Shown in pieces: positions 13,441-26,808 of a DNA stretch of 64,000 nt (positions within the stretch are counted from its first letter, which is position 1; the number at the start of each line of letters is the position of its first letter). A model generated the notes under the pieces. It searched no databases and was not told the origin of the DNA. It worked only from the letters and a program-made list of their open reading frames with translations. Source of the DNA: Phoronis australis (lineage: Eukaryota > Animalia > Phoronida). The position numbers and the translations under genes are program-made. Location of the stretch: contig NMRA01000637.1 in the NCBI GenBank assembly GCA_002633005.1, positions 29,330-93,329 of the forward strand, given 5' to 3'.

Positions 13441-13834
13441 CATAGACTATAGACAACAGATTCACAACTCTGACATTTTCTTGCATACTATCCTAGAGCA
13501 GGCGCCACTCTCCTAAATCACCAATTTCAGTTTCTGGTTAGTGTATTGTGACGGGAAATTCTCGCATCTATTTTACTGTCCAGTACAATGAAAAATAATA
13601 ATTTTGACATTGAAATGCTGTTCAAAGTCTCTCAATAACAGAACTGTTGGTATCGTGAGTACTTTTGGCACTTGACCACACAACAGCCAACCATGATTAG
13701 AGACGACGTACTTGTCAGAAGTAAAACTTGCTAATTTTGCCAGGTGTCGCTAGTGAATATCACACCTTATGCTCAAGATCACAGATTCTATCCAATGAAA
13801 ATGCATGAGTTGGTGGTCCATGTACTATAGTCAT
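13441..13834 (+). mobile_element. MITE with CATAGACTATAG termini (copy 1)
   Basis: Aligns by eye over its length with the reverse complement of 49194-49679 (for example gtgtattgtgacgggaaattct). GTCATGAC occurs at both ends, and the right TIR is partly deleted. Confidence 0.75.
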
Positions 13835-14757
13835 GACAATACATTCGCTCAACTGAAGGGAAAGATGACTGGACCCCCTGGTAGGGGGAACTTAGGCCGC
13901 TACAAGTTCAACCTCTTCCTATAACTGAAATTACGGTAGTTTGTATCCTGTTTCACAAGGAAGCATCAAGATACAGGATTATGGACTTTTCTGAGCAAGG
14001 TGAAACTGAATTCCAAAGCGAAATTTTTGTCTTGGTCAATGGAATTCCCAATTGACTTCATAATACTTTTCAAAGGGTGTAGGCTTAAAGTATTAAACAC
14101 TCTTCGTGAAACCAGCCACTATACTTAAAAAATCACTTAAGAAGTTGGGGAAAAGCTACGGTAGTTGCACGGCAACGTGTTTATCATCAAAACCCTAACC
14201 AAAAAGGGTAAGCATTCAAAAGAATTTTAGGTTGCCAAACCGCATGAAAATGTCCAAATTTGGCCAACTTCAGAAAATCATACTTAAGAGATGACAGGTG
14301 GAATTCTACCAAAAATTTGAGATTGGCCTTATGGCACTAAATGCATAGTTCTTGAAAAAGATGTCACGGATTGTTTATGGACTTCTAATTTGGAATGGGA
14401 AGCTATCAAAAACAGTGATTTTACAAAAACCTCAAAAGTTATATAGTAAAGAAACAAAAGGATACAGATGTAGTTTACAAAATTGGGCAACGTCTTTGTG
14501 AAATGAATTTTGGTGGTACTATGGTTTTACTATGAATGCACCTATCTATCCTGGTAAATTTTAATAAAAGACGAGGTCGCATGACCCAATTCATAGCACA
14601 TTGATATTTAAGGCAAAAATCAAAATCTACAAGATTCCTTCAGTAAATACACACTGCTACATAATTAAATTCTATAGTTTTGTAGTTATTTAGGTAGATG
14701 CAGATTTGTCAATAAGTCCTGCATGATAACAGTAACAAATAGACCTGCAAAGCACGA

Positions 14758-14853
14758 CACTAGTTGGATATAATGGACCCTGATTTAGAGAACCAGTTTC
14801 GGCCGTTGTTTAGTGGATGAAACTGGTTCAGGGTCCATTATATCCAACTAGTG
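14758..14853. repeat. Perfect 26-bp inverted repeat / fold-back mini-element
   Basis: CACTAGTTGGATATAATGGACCCTGA...TCAGGGTCCATTATATCCAACTAGTG, plus an inner AACCAGTTTC/GAAACTGGTT stem. Confidence 0.85.
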
Positions 14854-15313
14854 CCCAAAACAAATATGCACTAAAAATTAACATCAGAATCATATGAGAA
14901 CAAGGAACTATTTCATTGTTTAGTTAATTCCCCTGCAGTTGTTACATAGACTGTATTCAAACTGTCATTTTATAACTGAAAAAAATATATTCTTCACACT
15001 CTATCTATTCAGACCAGTCCCCCCCCCTTACTATGGATGAAAAGACATGGAGTGCCAATTGCACAATTGCAAAGGGTGGAAAGACACCTATCAAAGATAA
15101 CATTCAATGAAGAGAAAAGTCTAATGCAGTGTAAGAATAGTCGAATGATTGGCATGACAGCAACTCGAACATGCAGACTGTTAGGTTTTCAGTAATGAGT
15201 ACACCATACCCAAGCGGCATGTTATCAGTTGAAATCTCTTGACACCAACACTTGGGCTAGCAGAGAGGCCAGACATCCGTGAAAATGCACACAGTTCATG
15301 TAAAATTTCTTAC

Positions 15314-15359
15314 CATTCTCGGCGGGATCGCCCTTTTTGGACGCCGGAGTATTTCCCAT
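15314..15359 (-). CDS. PRKACA: PKA catalytic subunit, canonical first coding exon (myristoylatable MGN- N-terminus)
   Basis: Minus strand reads acaATG GGA AAT ACT CCG GCG TCC AAA AAG GGC GAT CCC GCC GAG AAT G|gtaaga = MGNTPASKKGDPAEN plus 1 nt. It is 46 nt, phase 1, the same size and phase as human PRKACA exon 1 (MGNAAAAKKGSEQES). G+TC gives Val on joining exon 2. The symbol indicates the family (pre-duplication PRKACA/B ortholog). Confidence 0.93.
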
Positions 15360-18300
15360 TGTAACTTAAAAGGAAGACCGCTATGAAACTACGACAATGG
15401 TTGAGTAATAACAGAAAAATATACACGGTATAGGCAGACTATCCGCACACAACCCACTGCTGACAACGACTCCACTCACGATCAAAGGAAAATAACAAGA
15501 AATTCTTGCGCGTAACATCAATTGGTATAAATTGTGATCCACGAGTTCAAGTTGTAATTTTATGGCACAAACGGACACAAAAATAAATTTTTTAACCTTA
15601 ATGTTTCATTTAAGAACGATATATTTTGTTTATATGAATACACTTGGTGTTTATTTATGGCTGATGAATATTTTCGTTTATGAAGTGAAATGTTTCTAGC
15701 ATTCTGGGTAAATACAACTCTGCGACATCTATTGTTGTATTACAAAACTAATAATTGTTTGGCAGTGGGGTGCAGTGGAGATACAAACAGTAGATCGTCT
15801 GAGGTGGGGATAACAAGATGTTAAAATTAAAAGTATTATTCCTGTTGTTTCATGTTTGGTTAAACATATATTTTAATTTATGCTGTAACTGCAGAAATAT
15901 TCATCGATCATTCAATCGCGCAAAAAGTTGAATTTCGCCCTGTTTAGCTATCGAAAATCGGACTAGGTATTTCTTTCGCGATTCATTCCATTTCCTTTAA
16001 CAACTCACGTCAGGGCCATGGGTACAAGCACAATTTCCAAACTCACAGTTTCAGAGTTTGCAAATCCATAAACTCTGTTCGGCGTTTTATTGGGTCGCTG
16101 ATGGCTTCGATGATCTTGTTGGAAACTTCTATTTTCGTTTTTAGTAAACTAAGTAGGTTGAAATATTTTTTAAATTCATTGGGTTTCCCCGCTGCTCTTG
16201 CTGTGAATGTTGAGTCGCTGGTAGTTTCAATGTTCTTGGTTGTAATGGAAATCAAGTCCTCCCACGGTAAGGAAAATATGGCACGATTTTATGATCAATA
16301 TATGATATTAAACGTTCAAAGCAAACGTGAAGGTCATTAGAGACGATGAAAGGACTAAGACGGATTTTTCGTTAATTCGTCATTCTAGGCATGCATGAGA
16401 TAACCCGTAAAAATGGCTGGAAACTTGTATCCACAACCATTCATCCTGATAAGTAGACGCCTTAAAAAGTTCACATAATATCACCATTATCTTGCTGGAA
16501 AAACAGACAATAGTTCTAGGCAAGTACACCGAAACCTTGAAGGAAAGTTCCCTGGCCAAGCGTGAGAAATTGGAACCAAAACAATCAGCCTGTCACATTT
16601 ACCGGCAAGTTATTGTTGTGTTGTTAAAACAGTAAGCAAGTGCGAAAATCAATTCCCGCGTTAGTTCCCTTGTTCTATGGCCAGCCTGGTACAACTATTG
16701 CTGAAGAAACATAACAATAAGTGATTAGATTAGTGTAGTACTGTCACGTTCTCACAGAAAATGTACAGCGAGTGGGTTCAGTTCTCGTAGCCTGGACTGA
16801 AAAAGCGTACACACCGCACGAGTTCCCGAAAAATCCAAGAACAGGCGGAGTGTGCGCAACGAGATTCTCGACCCAAATTTAGATTAGGTTGTGCCCCTGG
16901 AAATTTAAATTTGTATCCTAATGTAAACCTTTCTATATTCATCAGTAACAATTTATTAGACTACCCGTTCTTTTGTGAGATTGGGCCTTCACCACGTTAA
17001 AAAGTTGTCCCTCTGACGCACCCCCGTGTAAGTAATTAGCGAGAGTATTGTTTGCGGGAAAAGCGCTCACTTGGAAAATAACTCTACAGGAGCTCGAAGA
17101 CTTCACTTCCCAGATATCGTAAACTGCATGTGCAAATGTGGGCAAAATTTTTAATATTTTTAAAATTCTCATGTTTTAAGAGACAAATTAATATTTCAGT
17201 TGACTAGTTGTCAAATTCTCCTATTGTAACCAAGATGCCGACAAAGCAAAACATTGGCTGAATGAGGGCGCTGCGATCGGAAAATGCGAGTACAAAATAG
17301 CACCACTTTCTTCCGAAAGACCTCCCTGGGGGTCCTTCTTTGGACAGAAAGTCTCTCCGGTAAAATGAACGTCTTCGAAAATTTCCGGCAGACCAAAAGT
17401 GCTCCGAACAGACTCTGACAAGAGTCCCAAAGTAAGAAAGCGCATTGGAGGGTCAGAAACAACAGTACATCGGTTTTAATCATAGCTGTCTAAAAGTTAC
17501 TGTTGTCCCACGCAGACGGAGGCATTTATAAATATGACCTGAGGTTAGATCTGCATTGTCGGTAGTTGAAGAGACTGTCAGTTATGTGTAAATAAATGTG
17601 TGTAACAAAACAAATACGAGGTTTATCAATACAAGAATTATGATACATTCCGTTTTGAGAGGTGGTGTCACACTGTAAGTACTCATAACGCACAAATCAA
17701 ATGTCTCGAGTGATCCCTGCGATAACATCTCGCTAGTTTGAAACTATTTTTATCCATAAATCGTTATGTAAACTCGAAATCACAAAATCAATCATACGCG
17801 AGTCCTTTGTATTGTTTTTTTTTCTTTCTACACTGGTCTAAATGCTCTCAATCAATATCAAAGCTAGTGATTTGACCAGCGCGATTGCACACATGAAATG
17901 TAATAACTTCTGCACAATGTCCCATGGGGGCGCTGATGGCCAGGAAAGTATCAGCAATAACCAGAGGTGATATTATCCTGGATAATATCACCACGTGACA
18001 AACTCGAAGAGTATATTATTGGCTTTTGTTTTCTTAATTTAAGAATTCGGATACCTTACTACGAATAGCCTAAACTTGTTTTATTTTCGACTTTTCTGTT
18101 TCTCGAAAGATTTTTTCCTGTTCATCCGAGAAGAATACGGATTTTTTGTCTTATGAATTCGAGCTGTAGACAGATGTTCCGACTTTCAGCATTAGCCTGA
18201 TTTTTGTGAAGCGAACTAAGACATCCGCAGATTAAGTTTCAACCGAAAGTCAAGAAACAAAAGCCAACAGAGTCCTGGTCTTGACTTTATAAGTTCTACA

Positions 18301-21300
18301 ATATCGGGGAAACCTTTTTTTTACTCCCACAATTACCACACCAGAGGACGCCACCTTCTACGATATCACCAGGCACGTCATCTGCAACTAAGATATCATC
18401 AGCGTAGGGGACACCACTCGCTGAACAATACGCAATAAAACAGTTCCAGGAGACAGACCAGTATCATCAGGGGACATCACGTAATACCGAAACCTTCGAT
18501 GAGACACTGGATGGGATAAGTAGGTAATATTAACTTCAGCAGAGGGAACAACAGTATCACAAGGGAAATCAAGTACCCCACTGAAGGACATTCATTACAG
18601 TATCACCATGGAACACCGTCTAGTAACAACATTATAGACCACCAGGGGTCACCATATATGGTTTAATGTCGCCATTGGACACTGCATAGAAACTACCCAA
18701 CACCGTCTTCAAAAAAAACAAAAAAAAACGGGAAGCTAAGTCTTCCATTATTGTACGAGTGTTCATTTTATAGTCGGCGAGAAAACTGCGTCAGGGCGGA
18801 ATGGAACCTGCAACACTCGCGGTCACAATCTGACACTCAGCTGCAGCAGTTAAATTCCACTCAATCAATGGTGGAATACTGAAAGCAAAAGAAAGCGTTT
18901 TCGGTCGCCAAAATATATAACGTACCTTTAAGATATCAGTTTTTGAGCTGGCGGGTCATCGCACCTAGATATGAAGCAGTATTGATAAAATTTTAATTTT
19001 GTTTTCATGTTTACCATAGATAATATCTCGGCCAACGGAACGCAAAAGTGGCATGGATGAGTTATGACCTCAATTTAGGAATGTGAGAAATGAAGATAAA
19101 AGGAACAAACAATGAGATAGTTCGGGGACTTCGCTGACGATGGACAGACTCGCAGAGGCACGGGAACATCGTTCGCTAGAAAGCGCCATTAGACATTACA
19201 CCATATTTGCACAAACTACAATATAAAAAATTAGTAGCAACAAAGTAAACTATTTCCAATTTTTTCTTGGCAAGCGAACAACAATCGACAAGTTGCCTTT
19301 AACAAGACTGTCCAGCGGGCATTGATGCGTACAAAAAAGAAAACATTCTGTAATGTAACTGAAAGCTGTGTCAACGGGCGGGGGCCAGCGGGCGGGCCGG
19401 TTGGAAGGCAGACAGGCAGTGTGGCAAAGCAGGACCGAGGACCAAGGCAATGGTTTACAAGTGACACGGAAAAAGTGCGTTCCTACACAGGGCCCTCACT
19501 TCATCATCCGATTTTATTCCACGTGTGTAAGACAATGGTGGACGTTGGACTAGTATTAAATTCAACAAACCATAAATGACCGCTTTCAACGACGCCCAAA
19601 TCACACACTCGTCTTGACTGTCCGAGTTGTAAGCAACAATGGTATACAACAATCGGATTGCGAAGACAGAGCTCAATGAGCAGAATAAATCAATCTCGTA
19701 AAAATAACGTTCACAAGGGTAAACGAATCATTAAGGTTTCGTCCGGCATCCCGACGTTTCACATATTTTGGGAGCGGGAGGGGGTACGTGACTCTTCGTG
19801 CGGCCTCATTGCAGCGGTAGTCAATTCATGAAGGTGTCGCACCTTACCGTGAAGATTCGTGGCGTGAAAGGCCTTGAATCGCAGCTGTCAACTCTGCCAA
19901 TAGTAAATTTACGATCAAAGAAAAACGATAAGAGATTTGATTTATTTTCTATTTTAATTGCTAGTCGTGCAAGCGAACCCTGCATGGTGGTGTGGTGCTG
20001 CAATGACGTTTATATCAAGAAGGATGAAAAACACGATTAGAACTCAGACAAATACTCGCAGGCGAACAACAATATTTGCTTTTAGTCATTAGGCAGCCGT
20101 CACGAAGATATTCTCATGTTAATTGTCACACGATATAATCTCCAAGTGTCTTTGTTGTGAAGTCGCATTATTCACTAAATTATCTCCAACGTTAGGTTCC
20201 AGAGAAAAGAAAGCGAGGGAGTGAAGTGGATTAGACGAGACGTAGTAAGAATTCTTATCCAATTAACACAATTATGAAATGTGAGCAATCGTGGGCTTCG
20301 TTGATATTTGTCTGCAAAGTAGTCTAACATAGAGTGAGCATAGAGGTTGCGTACATACCAGTGCGAGGGGAGAGACAGGGAAAAGGGGTTTCAAGTTAAG
20401 CGTTTGTCCAGGGACTTACGTTGAAAAGTACAATTTTTAATGGACAAGGTTTTAAACTATTTGTTTACAACATGGTCGAGCTGATGAACCGCTTTGGAAC
20501 ATCGCTACGGAAGTGAGAGCGCGCAGTCACGCACCAACTACGACAGCAACTGTATAGACACATTGCCCAGACGTCTAAAAGTTCTTAAACCTATGTAGAT
20601 GAAAACTTAAATGTCTCGCATTTCAGGTACTTCTATACATGAATCTTGAACTTTAAAAACAGCTTCGCATAGTCAATGACGAGAAAGGAAGAGTAAAATC
20701 TAGAGATAAATCTTATCAATGTTTAATGTTTTAGATTAGCCAACGAAGGGAGGCATTGAAAAAACCACAGATCATTATACTAAAACGTTTTTACTATGAT
20801 CGCAATTTAAAGTCCATTCCTTCACCAAGGAGACACAGACACCTGCGAGATAATTCGAGGTCATTAACCCGATTTGAACCAAATATGTTATATACGACAT
20901 TTGACCTTCCCAATATAGTACTCCAGACTATATTAACATCTAAACTTTGCTGCTCGCGTTTGTAAATTTTAACTCAAAACATTTCATGTTTTGGATTTTT
21001 CAGATTGTTCGTACGAGAGTGCTTATTAACTTGATAAAGGAACATATCATCAAGAAATAGCAATAAGTTTTAAGGAAAAAATGCGACGTCTATGCAGTTA
21101 TTTCGCGTTTGTCAAAGAGAACGCCGTCGGCCTGGAAACAATGCGACAGCGATGCGCTTCCAACTCAACATCATCACCACCTGTTGTTGAAGACAGGAAA
21201 CAAGCATCCACCCTCAATATGTATGGGCAACAGACAGCTCCTTGACACCCTAACACAATATCATGTTTGTTGTCCGCCGTTAAATGCGCGTGTGATCCAA

Positions 21301-21584
21301 TAACAGTGACTGTGAACGACATTGTTGTCAACAACTGTCACCAACAAAAGGTAACCCTATACCAATCACCGACAATTAAATATCAGATCGATGCTATTGT
21401 GGGTTTGACCTAATAGCCCCGATCATAAGTCCGAACACTATAAACAAATGCTCCACAAGGCAGCTCAAGTGTTGTGACGGTATGGACCAAAGGGACGGAC
21501 CGGGAGCGCTAATGGTGACCCAAAACTCTCTCATTCAGCGTATGCAGGTTTTTTGGGCCAGGAGACTACTACCCCGTGTGTCTG

Positions 21585-21690
21585 GGGGTTAGTGCGCCAG
21601 TGCATATGAGGGGTTAGTGCGCCAGTGCATGAGGGGTTAGTGCGCCAGTGCATGAGGGGTTAGTGCGCCAGTGCATGAGGGGTTAGTGCC
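21585..21690 (+). repeat. 23-bp minisatellite, about 4.5 copies
   Basis: Unit ggggttagtgcgccagtgcatga. Confidence 0.9.
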
Positions 21691-22203
21691 CATTTTCTAA
21701 CGTCAGGTGATGAATGAAACGTGAGGGGCGATTTTTTAAAAATAAAAAATGAAAACGAGGAATAGAAACAAGTGGCTGCCCATGTGTGACTAGTGAATTC
21801 GGGTTCCAATGGACTTTATTTCATACTAGTATCGGTGGACGTACGATACACTCCCGAGCTGCACTTGTGAATTTTTTGTTGAAACAGTTTTACTGTCAAT
21901 GTTCGATAAAAAAGGACGTGCCATGGGCACCCGGCAAACCGGCTTTTTTTGACCAGACCATCACATAGAACAAAGGTAGGGGTATTTCGGCAGACCTCGA
22001 CCTGGGAGGTGGTGCGCCCTAATTTTAAAAGTCCTACCAAAATGAAGCTGACATTCGGACTCTTCACCAGTTTATCACCAGTTTGACATAGAGATAAACT
22101 CAGTGCAGTGCATGACCCTGGGGGCTGTAGTCCTCCAACAGAATTACCCGACGGTCAGTAACGAGACCACTCCACTGCATCACGTGGCACGCATAATACT
22201 TAC

Positions 22204-22260
22204 AGTATGACTCCACTTCTTTCTGTTTCCGACTTGATGCCATTGGCGTATCGTAACGGA
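22204..22260 (-). CDS. Candidate alternative PKA-C exon (first exon MASSRKQKEVESY from 22243, or a 57-nt cassette)
   Basis: ttgttgaacag|TC CGT TAC GAT ACG CCA ATG GCA TCA AGT CGG AAA CAG AAA GAA GTG GAG TCA TAC T|gtaagt. It is phase 1, and its EVES end resembles the SEVES end of vertebrate C-beta1 exon 1. Confidence 0.55.
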
Positions 22261-25200
22261 CTGTTCAACAACAAGAGCCAGGTCCTTTCAGCATCCCGCG
22301 GCGCCCGTCAAAATATTCAAGCCACTGTGACCACTGAATGTCGACTAGGAAGACAAACAGCCCAACTTTCAATATCTTGAGTATAACAAGTCCGTCTTCC
22401 CGTGCGCACAGTCCCAATCAACCTCGTCTCGACATCTAGATCAACCCGTCTTTTCTAACACGACTAAAGGCCAAACCCGACTCCACTGATTAAAACCTGC
22501 GATCGCGTTGCCGGTAACCCTGGTCTAGTGGAGCAGAAAAAACAGATCAGAGTCCACGCCGATACAATGCCAGTTGTCCGTCAAAAGTCGATAGAGCCCA
22601 GAGGAAGTGTCGCGTAAGTCTTAATAGACTGGTTATTTATCGCATTGTGAGGACGTATTAGACCTTTAAAGTAAGCGATTGAATATTACAAGTGTATAAC
22701 AACAGCAGCTGACAGCGTGTTACGTAGGTCGACAGCGGTAAAATGGTACTCGCAAGTGAACTGGTTGTACAACGGAATGCTGGCCAACTACAATAGCCCT
22801 GCATGTGGTTTGTTTGCCAAAGCTGACTGGCAAACCACGCTCATTCTATATAATGGAAATTCAATAAACCTTTCAACCAATGGCAAAATGACAACCTCAC
22901 ACGTATCCCTGAAAATCCTCCCGAGGTGGATGTTTAAAATTCATGATATTTTTTAAATTAAGAATTCACAGGTGCTCAACTGGTGCAGACGATGTTCTGT
23001 GTCTCCACAATCGGTAGGACAGGAGACGTTTCAGAAAGCAAACGCAATGCTGTTCAGTTTGTTTCAAGTCTTGGCCTCTTATGCAAAGTGACTCGTGAAC
23101 TAGTAACGCTGTGTAGCCTACGTGACATTTTGAGTAGATCCAAACCGCGCCACATGTGGCGTCATAGCCCCATTTTGATTTAGTTTACAACATAGAAAAT
23201 AAAGAAATGCTCTCTAAAGCAAACACTTCATCATAAATCCACAAAAGGAGAGGAAATGCTATTCGACGACAGCAGTCGTTCTCCGTATCCGAGAAAACAG
23301 ATGAGACAGAAATGACAGCCCTGGTGCCTGACCGTTCTAATTGCTCTAATTTAGACTCCAGTTTGAATACACTTTACTCACTGTCAATGAAACCACTTTT
23401 TATTCGCGATTACGTCATGTATTCGAAGGAGTCATAGTTTAGTTTAAGCATGTATTCTGCCAGCTCTCAAAGTTTTCGGGTGGTACTTAGCTATTTATTT
23501 TGTCATTCTTTGAAATGAGTAATTTTGCATATAAGAGCGAACTGAAGCACCCCTGTTGAGAAGGTTTTACAATAATTCTTGCCAACTACGAGGACGTAAC
23601 AAAACCATGGTGCGTCCTGGCTTCTGCGCTCAGTGATTTTGCAAATTTGGTGTATACTCTGTTGTCTCACAGATATCTTGTGTTCTTGTGATAGTACTCT
23701 TTTTATGACTTAAGTTCACATTGATTACGTGCTCAGTCTGCAAATGGAATCTGTCACGACAGGACAAACGTGATCTGTAGTTGAGGGATGCGTGATTTCC
23801 TTAGCACATTTCCCTTCGGCGAAAATGAACACGATTTATCACTCATTCACAATCAGTCGCGTCAACCCTTGCAATAACAAAAAACACAATACTATTTCAC
23901 TTGGCGTGGTCAATTGCAATTACACCTCGAAAGAACAGTGGCGTAGTTCAAAATAGAACTAAGCCAACAGAACGCACGTCATTTTGTTACGACCATAGCA
24001 AGGCAGTGATCTGAGTGCGTAGAAACGCCTTTTATTAAAGAATAACGCATTTTCATTTTTGTTTATGCGAGGTAGACCCGTGCTTGTTCTTTTGCTGTAA
24101 TGGCATTGCGGACAAACTTCACCATTAGATTAAGTTTTGGAGGAGTGTTGGGCGTTTGAGTGGTGCGTCGCATATATACATGAAAACCAAAATCGCCACA
24201 TAAATTTAGTGTTATTTTTCAATTATTTTCTCGCATACGCAAACAAATAAATATATAAAAATAAATAAATGATGTTTACCACAGTTGGTACACTATGAAG
24301 TACTGATACGGTTAAAACATATAGGGGCAATTGATAGTCGACTTTCTGAACTAATGGCCTATTTTAACCATGCTTTCCATTTAAAAAATAAGTTAAATTT
24401 GATTTAGGTCACTTACCAATGTAAAATTAGTCTGAGCTTGCTCCATACTCAGTTTAGAAGTTATCTTTGGGCTCGGAAAGAGCTGACAGGTCAGATTAAA
24501 CTCAAACAATTTTCGATCAATTTATGAGCTTTGTCTGAAGAACAACGAATTATCAGTTCTTTCGAGGGCCTGAAGTCGGTATCATTTTGATTCAGGAACA
24601 ATTTGAGACCAATTTCATGACGGTAAATGGCCTAAATCATAAGTTGTTTTTTATGATGAAGGTCGGACTTATCAGTGTTTTAATGGATGGCCTGTTTCGC
24701 CAACGGCGGACCCAACGAGCATGAACTAAACATGAACTGAAGTACAGCATATGTAGAAAGTGATGGCTAGTAAGCTGGAAATACGCGATAGAATGGTGAA
24801 CACTATATAAATAGCATACAAGCGTATACGAATATCACCCACGCGATGAAGACATTGTAAACGTTATGGGCACGATATAGTCCTAGATAGCAGTCGACTA
24901 CGATATAAATATCTCGTACGTGATGTAAATGTAATCCAGTATTATGCACACAATCATCTGGAACACGTCAGGTATTTTCGTTGCCTCAAATTTTCCTCTA
25001 AGTTGTTTCATAAGTCCGCGCGTGCAAACTTCAATTATTACAGCAAGTCACGTGACTCTCAAAATGCCGTCGAATGTGCCTAGTATTCACGTCTGGAGTT
25101 AACAGGCACCAGGAGGCAAATTAAAGGCAGACAATGATCGTCGCGTAAAACTTTTTTGAGAACTGTTCGGCTGAAGTCTGTCTGCTGTAAAGACTAAAGT

Positions 25201-25463
25201 TCGCACATTAATTGTTGCATATCGACATGCTTATGGGACTACTTTAGAAAAATCGTTCTCATAATATTCCTTACCGTGAAAGGATTCTACTTCCATGACT
25301 AATAAGAACATAGAAACCGTCAACGACTGAAGAAAACGCATCAGAATTTATTCAGGGGTTAGCCAACTCTAAAACTGCGAATTCGAAATTCCTTCGTGAA
25401 GTAGGTATTGCCAGTCAGTTGAGGAGTTGGTAACGGAAAGGGTATGTTATCACGATAAGGAAT

Positions 25464-25628
25464 CAGGGGCGGATCCAGAATTTTTTAAAAGTTGGGGGGT
25501 GAGGCACCGCAGAGTATGAGCAAGGATTTTGCCCGTCAAATATTCGCAACCACGTACTGCCAAATGAAATCTGAAGGAATTTTAGGGAGCGGGGCATGCG
25601 TCCCTTGGCCAACCTGAATCCGCTGCTG
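25464..25628. mobile_element. MITE with GC-rich terminal inverted repeats (TIRs) and 5-bp TSD GGAAT
   Basis: GGAAT-CAGGGGCGGATCCAG...CTGAATCCGCTGCTG-GGAAT. Confidence 0.75.
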
Positions 25629-26808
25629 GGAATATCACGTGATATAACTTTTCGGAAACAATATTTACTTAGATTTTAGTCAACTAAACAGAATCTTCAA
25701 AATTTAGATTTTCCATATTCGGCTTTTGTTCCAGTGAAAGGATGCATGTAAGATAAGTGTTAATGCTGCTTTTATTGCCCATTCAAAACATTCACAGCCT
25801 CTGTTCTAGCAATAAACCATAACATTTCTCTTAAGGTTAAAAGGTTTACGACGTCAGTGAATTTTCATATACCCAAAAAGTGCTCGCACTGACGGCCTGA
25901 CGCTTAAACATCATTAGGCCAACAATTGTAATGCAGTTATCGGTGCTTTTGAATTGAAACGCCGACGTAACGTCATTTTTACGCATGTTCCTCGTTTTGT
26001 TTTAACGTGGATTGTTACGGCATACGTGCGTTTTGTCAGTAGCACAAGTCACAACATATGATGAATGTAATATAATTGAATATATGCGACACATTCCACA
26101 TCATTTAACATGTATTAGAGCGTCAATAAATTACCCGTGTGCTACCGTGTAAACTCAACACTAGTTGCCGTGCACATCAAGAGTCGGAATGTTTACTTTA
26201 CGTAAGGGTTATCGTAGTGACATTTTGTTTATGTGTTAATTAAGAAATATCGCCTTCACTGTTGTGTGGGGACCACGTTGAATTGTGGAAATAATAGTTT
26301 AGCATTTTCTGTGAAAACGCAAAAATACGACCTCATTTCTCTATCACGAACATACCGTTTTCCACAGTCTCAACGTAAACAGGTAGCTGCAACGCCATCT
26401 AGGGTGTAAACCGGGAAGCAATCAAGTGACAAAAATGTAGTGACCAATGCACGATACACGTGTCGACTGCCTGGTGTTAAACCCATATTTCATATATCAA
26501 TTTAACGTGGATTTTTGTAATTTATGGCTCTACGCAATGGCCCACTCTACGTTCAATAATCCGAACAGCCGTGACCGAGACAGAAGCACCCAAGTCTTCG
26601 GATGCCTCATAACGGCATATAAGAAACATGTTTTATTACACAATATACAGTGTTGGTGCCCATAGTGGAGACGAGGAACAAATAGACTCAAAGGCATGTG
26701 AACCGAACACCAATTTCTTCTCAGCAGTGTACTGAAAAAGGAAATATAGTACCAAAATCTAACTTCAAGGTTATAAGCTTTACTTTTGTAAGCTGCAGAT
26801 ATACTTAC

